From a virus, in IMG/VR virus record IMGVR_UViG_2706796252_000001, positions 7,695 through 71,694 of that record: a DNA stretch of 64,000 nucleotides; one strand, written 5' to 3'. Positions 1-7,326 of this stretch are shown piece by piece (positions within the stretch are counted from its first letter, which is position 1; the number at the start of each line of letters is the position of its first letter). The notes below the pieces were generated by a model that saw only the letters and a program-made list of their open reading frames with translations, had not been told where the DNA came from and did no database searches. The translations under genes and the position numbers were made by a program.

Positions 1-2
1 TC

Positions 3-650
3 AGCTTCACAGCCAAGCTAGCTGGTGTACTTGGCTTCGACGACAAGGCTGACAGCATCAAGACCATCGCTGAGATGGTTGCAGTGCTGGCAGAGCTTGA
101 CGTGTACGACATTGAGCAGGTGTCCAAGTATGGTACATACAAGGTCATCTCTAACATTCAACTACCGGAGAAGCTTCAGCATGCTGTTGAGCGAGCTATG
201 TACCTTCCTCCTATGGTGTGCAAACCATCCAAGCTCACTGGGAACAAGTCGAAGCTGCATCTTACTCTGGAGAAGGAATCCCTGATCCTGAACAACAACC
301 ATCACAACGAAGACATCTGTCTCGATGTGCTGGACAAGATGAACGCTGTTGAGTTGTGCCTGAACACTGAGTTCTTGAGCACCGTGGAGGAAGAGTCCCA
401 CAAGTACTTGGATACGCAGGACAAGAAAGACGACTGGTACAGGTTCGTCTCTGAGTCGCATGAGATGTACAAGCTCATGGTTCAGCAAGGTAATCGGTTC
501 TACCTCCTGCACAAGTACGACAAGCGTGGCCGTGTGTATGCACAGGGCTACCACATCAGTACCCAGGGATCCCCTTACAAGAAGGCCATGCTCGACTTGG
601 CCAACAAGAAGGTAGTCACTGGTGTACCGGAGCACTTGAAGATCAAGTGA
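3..650 (+). CDS. N4-like RNA polymerase II subunit 1 (gp15-like), 5'-truncated by the window edge
   Basis: Frame is open from position 3. Contains YDKRGRVY (T7-type DxxGR motif) and QGxxYKKA, typical of the N-terminal half of split T7-like RNAPs. Lies upstream of subunit 2. Confidence 0.9.
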   Translation, partial: SFTAKLAGVLGFDDKADSIKTIAEMVAVLAELDVYDIEQVSKYGTYKVISNIQLPEKLQHAVERAMYLPPMVCKPSKLTGNKSKLHLTLEKESLILNNNHHNEDICLDVLDKMNAVELCLNTEFLSTVEEESHKYLDTQDKKDDWYRFVSESHEMYKLMVQQGNRFYLLHKYDKRGRVYAQGYHISTQGSPYKKAMLDLANKKVVTGVPEHLKIK

Positions 651-662
651 AGGAGCAAGCAA

Positions 663-923
663 GTGAGTCACTATGCCTTCTACAAAGAAGACGATACATG
701 GAAGTTCGTCAAGTACGACGGATTGCTTGAGCTTGTGCAAGCTGCGTCAATGATGGCCTACAGCCCAAAAGAAGCAGCAGTGTGTACCCGCTACAAGCTG
801 AATGGAGTCAGATGGTGGTGGATGGGTATGACTGATAAGGATGCGATAGAAGGCGTGAATCTTCTGCCAGCAGACCTCAGAGCAATGCTGGTCATCTGGA
901 GTTTAGACCAACTGCTAGAGTGA
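663..923 (+). CDS. small hypothetical protein (paralog A)
   Basis: GTG start with AAGGAG SD upstream; 86 aa; shares N- and C-terminal patterns with the next two ORFs. Confidence 0.75.
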   Translation: MSHYAFYKEDDTWKFVKYDGLLELVQAASMMAYSPKEAAVCTRYKLNGVRWWWMGMTDKDAIEGVNLLPADLRAMLVIWSLDQLLE

Positions 924-957
924 AACTTCTATTCACAGTAACGAAGAGGACAAGTAA

Positions 958-1242
958 ATGGAACTGGTGGTTTGGAAAGACGGCGACAATTGGAGAGTGT
1001 TTGCTGATGATGCTGTCCCGGCTGTGGACGGTACCGTAGACAGAGTTGCAGAGGGTCTAGCTACTCTCTACCGGAAAGAAAAAGAACCTGTTGTGTTCAC
1101 CAGGAGGAAGACCGCCTTCTATGATGGTCAGTACTGGCTTATGTGGAAGTACTACCCCACCTACGGACGTGCATATGGCAAGGAAGCATCAGATGAAATG
1201 ATTAAAGAACCCAGTGCTATTGCACTACTTGCAGGGTACTAA
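958..1242 (+). CDS. small hypothetical protein (paralog B)
   Basis: ATG with GAGG SD; 94 aa; tandem packing with neighbours. Confidence 0.75.
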   Translation: MELVVWKDGDNWRVFADDAVPAVDGTVDRVAEGLATLYRKEKEPVVFTRRKTAFYDGQYWLMWKYYPTYGRAYGKEASDEMIKEPSAIALLAGY

Positions 1243-1245
1243 CCA

Positions 1246-1518
1246 ATGAACATAGCTGCATGGCTTCACAATGGTGAGTGGCACCTGTTCACGTGTGAGT
1301 TGAATAGGGTTGTATCGGACCAAGCATATTACCAAGCTGGTCTGAAAGGACCAGATAAGCGGGATTTAGTGCTTCTCAGAATGACCACAAAGAGGAGAAA
1401 TACTGCTTACTGGTTTCACTTCAGGAAGGACAACCCTTTCAATAAGTACATGCCTGTAGCTTATACCGAGGAAATACCGAAAGAACTTCAAGCACTGTTG
1501 ACCATCTACGGTCTTTAA
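1246..1518 (+). CDS. small hypothetical protein (paralog C)
   Basis: ATG 3 nt after the previous stop; 90 aa. Confidence 0.75.
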   Translation: MNIAAWLHNGEWHLFTCELNRVVSDQAYYQAGLKGPDKRDLVLLRMTTKRRNTAYWFHFRKDNPFNKYMPVAYTEEIPKELQALLTIYGL

Positions 1519-1552
1519 TTCCAATCCACCTTCGTTTAATGGGAACTAAACC

Positions 1553-1792
1553 ATGACCCCTTACACCGCTTTCGAATACCTGTTGATCGACGCTGCAAAC
1601 CAAATGGGCCATGACAAGTGGCTCTTCGAACAACGTATCCAATGGTGCTACGACAACTTCGACAACCTGGAGAACCTGGAGTGCAACGAGAAGACTCGTC
1701 CGCAGTATCTCAAGGCTGTCATGGCCATCCGTGCTGCTCAGCGTGGTGAGCCTGTTGGCCATCTGGTAGGGCTTGATGCCTGCTGCTCGGGT
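1553..1792 (+). CDS. RNA polymerase II subunit 2 (gp16-like), exon 1
   Basis: 80 codons ending GLDACCSG, the first half of T7-type motif A (T7 DGSCSGIQ), followed at once by TGA at the intron start. Confidence 0.92.
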
Positions 1793-2792
1793 TGATTTCT
1801 AGCCCCTTCATGGAGCAATCCATGTCGATCACTTCCTTAATTGCTGGGAACCCCTTATAGCCACGCTACCACTGCGAGCCGAAAGGCAAAGCGAAGGTTT
1901 GAAAAGTGTGTGGATTGGGCAATCAGCAGCCAAGCTCCGTATGGGAGAAGGTTCAACGACTAGGCTTAGGCCGTACACCCAAGTGGGTGGAAATGGGAAG
2001 CACCCTTCTGGGGTGAAGATATAGTCTTGCCTGTGGAGAAATTCACAGCAGTGTCAGTAGGGCGTGGTAACATATGCACTCCAGAACAACTAGGAGGTCA
2101 CATGAACCACTACGCTTACTTGCTTACTTTCGCAGACGGGATGTACTACATAGGTGCCCGCTCGTGCAAGCTACCGCCAGAATTAGATACCACGTATCTC
2201 GGATCTGGTAGGGGCTTACCGGTGGACCGAAAAGACAACCCGCCTGTGAAAACCATCTTGAGAACCTTCAATACTCGCCAAGAGTTGATGGACTTCGAAC
2301 GGAGTTACATCGAAGAACACAACTGTGTTGCGTCACCCAACTGGTACAACCAGCGTGTTGCAACGCATGACCGCCATGGTTCCGTCAGCTGGAACAAAGG
2401 CATCAGTGTGGATCGTACTGAAGCAGGTAAAACTTTCAGCCGTCGCTATAATGGTAATCGCACCCCAGCGATGATTGTTGCTCATGCAGCGACGGCTGAA
2501 AAGATTCGTGGAACTAAGTGCAAAGACAAGGGCCATGCTGGTACCTCAAATACAGCATTCCAGCCTTGGTACTACGTGACCCCAGAAGGGGTTTACGTAG
2601 AAATCCACGATCAAACCAAGAAAGATGTAGCACCTACTTTGGGACTTAAGGAACATCAAATAGCCAATCGCATGCGGGAGTGCAATCAGCACAAACCTGC
2701 ACCGACGAAACCTTTGAAAGGTTGGATATTTGGAAATCTCCCACGTCCTGCTGACACGACAGAAGATTAACGACCTTCTGTGAAAACAAGCG
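1793..2792 (+). ncRNA. group I self-splicing intron (IA2-like), 1000 nt, with nested endonuclease ORF
   Basis: Exon ends in U1792, which can wobble-pair with G1802 in P1. P2 hairpin 1809-1824. P element AATTGCTGGGAA 1839-1850; Q element AATCAGCAG 1921-1929; R element GTTCAACGACTA 1951-1962; S element AAGATATAGTCT 2016-2027. P3 CTTCC/GGAAG; two hairpins between P7 and P3' (P7.1/P7.2); P8 2001-2015; terminal G2792. Removal restores DACCSG-MQIMS in frame. Confidence 0.93.
2102..2770 (+). mobile_element. intron-encoded GIY-YIG homing endonuclease (222 aa)
   Basis: AGGAGG SD before ATG 2102; N-terminal YAY-x8-YYIG GIY-YIG motif with downstream R and E; C-terminal helix-turn-helix (NUMOD1-like) region. 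The track start at 2027 lies in the ribozyme core. Confidence 0.85.
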
Positions 2793-3794
2793 ATGCAGAT
2801 CATGTCCGCCCTGGGTGGCTGTGAGTCTGGTGCCCAAGCCACCAACCTCATCAACACTGGCTTCCGCCAGGATGCGTACAGCCTGGTCACCACTGCTGCC
2901 TCTACCCACCTGGGTGAGTCGGTAGGTGAGATCAAGCGGTCGGACATCAAGACTGCAACCATGACCCACTTCTACGGTTCGAAGGCTGAGCCGAAGAATC
3001 TGTTCGGGGAAGACACCCCTGAACTGGAAGCCTTCTACCAAGGCGTAGAGATGGTTGCCCCCATCGCCAACGAGATGCGGGATGACCTGATCAACACTTG
3101 GCAGCCCTATGCCATGAAGCACTCTTGGGTGCTGCCGGACAACTTCCACTCCATCGTCAAGTCCACGGACGTGTTCGAGACTCGGGTGGAAGTGGACGAG
3201 ATGGAAGGCGCAAGCTTCGAGTACATCTACAAGCAGGACTGCGGTGTAGAGCGTGCTGTGAAGAATGCTGCCAACGTCATCCACTCCATCGACGCCTACG
3301 TACTGCGTTCCATGCACCGTCGTTGCAACTACGATCGTGAAGCCATCTCCAAGGTAATGGAGTTGGTTTGGGGTGAACTGATGGACCGTCACTCTGGCAA
3401 GTGCGAAGCCGAAGTAGCCAGGGACGACAAGCTGGCCGTCTACGAAGACCTGTATGACCGTACCAACATGGTCGATGCAGTGATCTTCAACCACATCAAC
3501 GCTGTCAACGTATGTCAGCTGGAGACTGACCACCTGGAGGCTCTGTGTGCCCTGTGGGATACCATGCGTGTGCATGAACCCTTCGAACTGGTCACCGTGC
3601 ACGATGAGTTCAAGTGCCACCCGAACTTCTGCAACGAGATGCGCCAGCACTACATCAACATCTTCGCCGAACTGGCCGACAGCAACGTCCTCGACGACAT
3701 TGTTCACCAGATCACTGGAAGCCATGTCAGCTACGACCGGGCGATCCACAACCTGTCTGAGCTGATCCGTGATAGCGAGTATGCGCTGTCTTGA
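2793..3794 (+). CDS. RNA polymerase II subunit 2 (gp16-like), exon 2; spliced product about 413 aa
   Basis: Begins MQIMSAL (continuation of motif A); motif B KTATMTHFYG; motif C VTVHDEF; no evident SD before 2793. Confidence 0.93.
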   Translation: MQIMSALGGCESGAQATNLINTGFRQDAYSLVTTAASTHLGESVGEIKRSDIKTATMTHFYGSKAEPKNLFGEDTPELEAFYQGVEMVAPIANEMRDDLINTWQPYAMKHSWVLPDNFHSIVKSTDVFETRVEVDEMEGASFEYIYKQDCGVERAVKNAANVIHSIDAYVLRSMHRRCNYDREAISKVMELVWGELMDRHSGKCEAEVARDDKLAVYEDLYDRTNMVDAVIFNHINAVNVCQLETDHLEALCALWDTMRVHEPFELVTVHDEFKCHPNFCNEMRQHYINIFAELADSNVLDDIVHQITGSHVSYDRAIHNLSELIRDSEYALS

Positions 3795-3803
3795 GGTTAG
3801 TGG

Positions 3804-3818
3804 GCGTCTTCCAGACGC
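3804..3818 (+). promoter_or_regulatory. variant TCC-loop hairpin (possible vRNAP-type promoter)
   Basis: GCGTCT-TCC-AGACGC, 6-bp stem with 3-nt loop, resembling the hairpins at 4044 and 6838. Confidence 0.3.
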
Positions 3819-3835
3819 TACATGGACCCGAATTT

Positions 3836-3873
3836 GCCTGATCCCAGAAATGGGATCGGGCGCTTATTTTTTT
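3836..3873 (+). terminator. intrinsic terminator after the RNAP II genes
   Basis: GCCTGATCCCA-GAAA-TGGGATCGGGC stem followed by a T-rich tract. Confidence 0.8.
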
Positions 3874-3891
3874 GAGGGGAGCTTAGAAACC

Positions 3892-4044
3892 ATGAGTAAA
3901 CACAGGCTATGCAAGTACTGTGGTAAGCCAATAGTGCTGGTCCCCAGTGCAGAAGAGAGGGCCAAGAAGTTCGGAGAGTCACCCAAGTTCTACCTCAATC
4001 TCTTCTATGCCCACGGGGATTGTATTGTGAAGAGTCGAGGTTGA
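3892..4044 (+). CDS. small hypothetical protein (50 aa, CxxC and HxxC)
   Basis: ATG 3892 after GAGGGGAG SD; MSKHRLCKYCGK...HGDC may bind zinc. Confidence 0.65.
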   Translation: MSKHRLCKYCGKPIVLVPSAEERAKKFGESPKFYLNLFYAHGDCIVKSRG

Positions 4045-4060
4045 GCGTACTCCGTACGCT
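4044..4060 (+). promoter_or_regulatory. TCC-loop hairpin, putative virion-RNAP (early) promoter
   Basis: AGCGTAC-TCC-GTACGCT followed by TTTTG; same C-TCC-G loop architecture as N4 vRNAP promoters; exact copy at 6838. Confidence 0.55.
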
Positions 4061-4116
4061 TTTTGCATTTTCGCTGGTTTTCGGCGAGATCATCAATAGA
4101 TAGAAGGAGTAACACC

Positions 4117-4341
4117 ATGCGCAAGTCTTACCTGAAATTCCTGGACACCATGGCTTGGATCGCTGCTATCCTGGTCTTCGTAGTCGTGGCAGTCGCCGCC
4201 CTGACAGTCTACAACGGCCTCGTCGCCCTGCTGGTAATGCTGGGTGCTGCTGTTGGTATCGGCATGACCTTCGGTTTCTGGTTCCTGGGCTATGGCATCT
4301 ACGAGGAACTCCAGAAGCTCAACGCCCGCACCAAGGTGTAA
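4117..4341 (+). CDS. small membrane protein (74 aa, two TM segments)
   Basis: AAGGAG SD before ATG 4117; two long hydrophobic stretches. Confidence 0.8.
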   Translation: MRKSYLKFLDTMAWIAAILVFVVVAVAALTVYNGLVALLVMLGAAVGIGMTFGFWFLGYGIYEELQKLNARTKV

Positions 4342-4344
4342 GCC

Positions 4345-4971
4345 ATGCAGGTCCGCAACTTCATCTACGAGGACGGGGGGTGGGTGCTGGATGGCATGGA
4401 CACCTTTGATCCTGGCGATGCCATGACAGTCGTTCATGACTCGTTCGAGCACATCGACAGCACCGAGGGCCTTGAAGCTGAGTTGCGGGCCTTCGGTGCC
4501 ATGTGGTGGCTCCGTGGCGAGACAGACTGGTGGTGTCATTTTCCTAGGATGGACCCTCGTCCTGAGCAGGTAATGTACTACGACATCGCCACATTCATCA
4601 GGGAGAACGACTTCCTCATCGACAACGTGGGGAAGCGGTTCAAGCTGGGCGTGGACGAAGAGAACTTCCTCGACGTACTACGCAAGCTTGTCGAAGATGC
4701 CCTGGAGAGAGACAGTCAGTACCTCGACAAACCAGTGGCAAAGAAGGTGATCCAAGAAGCGGCAAGCACTGCTATGGATTGGCTTCGTGTTGGGTACAGG
4801 GCAGCCCGTAGAAAATACCCTGACAACTTCGCAGTTGCTGACCTCATGTACGACATCTATAGCCGTGTCTACGCACTGAACTTCAGGGCGTTGGAAGGCA
4901 GCATGCTGCAACTCAAATACACCCTCAACGGCAAGTTCGTTGAGATCAGTTTAGATGGAGAACCCCTATGA
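4345..4971 (+). CDS. hypothetical protein with HDxxEH...E motif
   Basis: 208-aa ORF with phage-like codon usage, tightly packed in the operon. Confidence 0.8.
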   Translation: MQVRNFIYEDGGWVLDGMDTFDPGDAMTVVHDSFEHIDSTEGLEAELRAFGAMWWLRGETDWWCHFPRMDPRPEQVMYYDIATFIRENDFLIDNVGKRFKLGVDEENFLDVLRKLVEDALERDSQYLDKPVAKKVIQEAASTAMDWLRVGYRAARRKYPDNFAVADLMYDIYSRVYALNFRALEGSMLQLKYTLNGKFVEISLDGEPL

Positions 4972-5522
4972 TCCCATTCGTTTCCCGCAAGCGTTTCGAT
5001 GAAGCCCTGGCCCGTGTGACCAAACACTACGAAGACAAGGTTCAGCGCAGAGATGCGATCATCAATGTCCAAAACATTAAGCTGGGAGAAGCGACAGAAG
5101 AAATTCGTTCTAATCGTCGGTTGTTTGCAAGGGCCCAGAGCGATAACTACCGCCTCCAGAACCAGATCAAAGATCTGAAGAAGGCGGTAGAGGCCCGTGA
5201 CAAGAAGATCTCGGAACTCGCCAAGCCATTCCATGGGGACCAGGAGGTAGTTCCCGTACTCGTCGCGGAAGAGACAGTCTTCGAACCTGTGGACACCGGT
5301 CTGGAAAAGCAGCTGGCTGAAGCCAAGAAAGAGATCGAGATCCTCAAGGACAAGGTTCGTAAGCAGCGCCGTAGCGATGCCGAACTGACCATGGACACCC
5401 TCGTGCATGCTGTCATGCGTGAGTACACCAACTTCCAGCGGAGCAACAATCCACACCTGCTGCTCCGTTCCTGCGAGAACCTGACGAAGGCTCATCGTCG
5501 TCTGGTGAAGGGTAAGCGCTGA
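4968..5522 (+). CDS. hypothetical coiled-coil protein
   Basis: ATGA overlap with the upstream gene; heptad-rich 184 aa. Confidence 0.8.
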   Translation: MIPFVSRKRFDEALARVTKHYEDKVQRRDAIINVQNIKLGEATEEIRSNRRLFARAQSDNYRLQNQIKDLKKAVEARDKKISELAKPFHGDQEVVPVLVAEETVFEPVDTGLEKQLAEAKKEIEILKDKVRKQRRSDAELTMDTLVHAVMREYTNFQRSNNPHLLLRSCENLTKAHRRLVKGKR

Positions 5523-6103
5523 TGGACAAGATCACTTGGTTCCGTCGTGGGGAACCCATCGATGTCCCCACCGAGCGCTGTCTGTACTTCCTGGCTGACG
5601 GCAAGCTGGTGCAGTTCGTGTACTACGACGAAAAGGGTCTTTTTCAGCTTGCTCATGTGACCGGCCTTTCTGTAGGCAAGATCTACAGTGCCCTCAAGGG
5701 GAAGTTCGTGTACGTCCGTCATGGCTTCATCGTTAAGAACGAGCGGGTTGGTATCAGCCTCGGCCATGGAGAAGACTACCGGCGTCCTGTATGCGTTTAC
5801 GTGAAGGGTTTCGAACACATACGGGGTTCACTGACTGCCGGTGCCCAGGAACTCATCACCGCCCAGCTGCTGGGGGACCACGTGAAGCTCTGCACCAAGC
5901 AAAACATCGGTGGTGCCCTGGTGATGCTTCCAGGAGAACCGGGTGAGCGTGTCAGGAAGAAGGTCATCATCGAAGAGATCGGTACTGACATCCACCGCAA
6001 CTGGTGTGGCAATGCCTGCTTCGAGATCGCTGTGATCGACAAGCATGGTCGCCGCTACACCGAACTGAACGACCATTTCCAACTCTACGGGGTGAACAAG
6101 TGA
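5522..6103 (+). CDS. hypothetical protein
   Basis: 193 aa; TGATG coupling to the upstream gene. Confidence 0.8.
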   Translation: MDKITWFRRGEPIDVPTERCLYFLADGKLVQFVYYDEKGLFQLAHVTGLSVGKIYSALKGKFVYVRHGFIVKNERVGISLGHGEDYRRPVCVYVKGFEHIRGSLTAGAQELITAQLLGDHVKLCTKQNIGGALVMLPGEPGERVRKKVIIEEIGTDIHRNWCGNACFEIAVIDKHGRRYTELNDHFQLYGVNK

Positions 6104-6618
6104 TGATGAGCGAAGACAAGTTTCAATACGAGATCTCTGCCATGAAGGGCAAGATGCAGAGATTGCGTCGTCGGGTAGAAGTTCTCAACAACAAGCGAGA
6201 TATCCTCCTCGAAGATATCGATGCAACCAACAAGATGGTGGAAAACCTCAGCGGTCAGGTTGAAACGCTGTTACGGGAAGCCAACAAGGTCAAGGGTCCG
6301 GTCATGCAACCGGGTCGTCTACACCAGAGCGACGTACTGCTCACCGGCCAGAACATCCAGGGTATGATGGACTCTGGGGAAGCTGTCGCCCAATTCGAAG
6401 TGAAGAAGGGAGACGACCAGACCACCACCATCCTGAAAGATGCGGTGGTCACCCAGATGAGCAACAAGCTGGCTGAACTACTGGATGCCCTCGGCTTCGG
6501 CAAGGAGCATGTTCAGAAGCATGGCCTGGACGAAACTGTCTACGATGCGTGCTTGTACATCCAGTCCCTGAAGGGCGGCGAGGCACTGCTGAACAATCTG
6601 CGTTCGATGCTGAAGTGA
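6103..6618 (+). CDS. hypothetical coiled-coil protein
   Basis: Start re-assigned to ATG 6103 (TGATG coupling); 171 aa. Confidence 0.75.
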   Translation: MMSEDKFQYEISAMKGKMQRLRRRVEVLNNKRDILLEDIDATNKMVENLSGQVETLLREANKVKGPVMQPGRLHQSDVLLTGQNIQGMMDSGEAVAQFEVKKGDDQTTTILKDAVVTQMSNKLAELLDALGFGKEHVQKHGLDETVYDACLYIQSLKGGEALLNNLRSMLK

Positions 6619-6839
6619 TCAGCGACAAGCTCCGCAAAGAATTCGAAGAAGAGTACCGCCACTGTGTGTGGTCCTTCGCCGGGGTAGTCATCACCCAGGA
6701 AGAACTGGCGAGTAAGCGTAGTCGTCTCGGAGACTACGCTGACAACCCTTTGATTCATGGGTTCTTCCGAGGCTGGCTGGCGGGCCGCTTCGGTACAGAT
6801 GGGATGATGTACCTCACAGGTGAACAGGCTATTCATTAG
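6615..6839 (+). CDS. hypothetical protein
   Basis: GTGA overlap with the upstream stop; 74 aa. Confidence 0.7.
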   Translation: MISDKLRKEFEEEYRHCVWSFAGVVITQEELASKRSRLGDYADNPLIHGFFRGWLAGRFGTDGMMYLTGEQAIH

Positions 6840-6854
6840 CGTACTCCGTACGCT
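6838..6854 (+). promoter_or_regulatory. TCC-loop hairpin, putative virion-RNAP (early) promoter
   Basis: AGCGTACTCCGTACGCT, identical to 4044-4060, at a gene boundary. Confidence 0.55.
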
Positions 6855-7082
6855 CTTGTCCTGTTTGTTCTTTCTTTCATTGGTTTAGGAGCAAGTGCCA
6901 TGCATTAGCAGTAATCCTTTAACTAACTCCCTGCGCATAGCGTCGCATAAGGCGAGACAGTCTAAGCGGACTATTAGTACATAAAGAGAATGCCGAGTTT
7001 CCAAACTACACAGGATGTAGTCCCTGAGTAACTATCGGCATTCTACTGTGTGTATTAAGACAAGAATTAAGTAGGAGAAACT

Positions 7083-7268
7083 ATGCAGTTCAGTGATCTC
7101 AGTCCGGTGGAGCAGAAGCTCTACCCAACCCACAGTTCCTTAAAAGAAGCCCTCGAAGAAGCAAGACATCTGCTTCCTGGGGGCAGTCATCATGACTTCA
7201 TGCGAGCCATGATGGGGTATCACAATACCCTTCTACTCTTTGTAGGTGAGTGGACCCCTTCCGAGTAA
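7083..7268 (+). CDS. hypothetical protein
   Basis: AGGAG SD; 61 aa ending in the YHNTLL pattern I recall from N4-like phage small proteins. Confidence 0.75.
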   Translation: MQFSDLSPVEQKLYPTHSSLKEALEEARHLLPGGSHHDFMRAMMGYHNTLLLFVGEWTPSE

Positions 7269-7326
7269 TATTTGGGGTTACGCATTCCCAGATTTATTAA
7301 TATTCCCGTTTAAAGGAGACTAACCA

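Noticed and set aside
1793-1795. TGA at the end of RNAP2 exon 1 as stop-codon readthrough or genetic-code reassignment
   Set aside because: The continuation lies 1000 nt downstream, a complete group I core explains the break, and TGA acts as a normal stop in many other genes
2027-2101. Track-predicted N-terminal extension of the endonuclease
   Set aside because: It overlaps P7', P9 and P9.1 of the ribozyme; the SD points to ATG 2102
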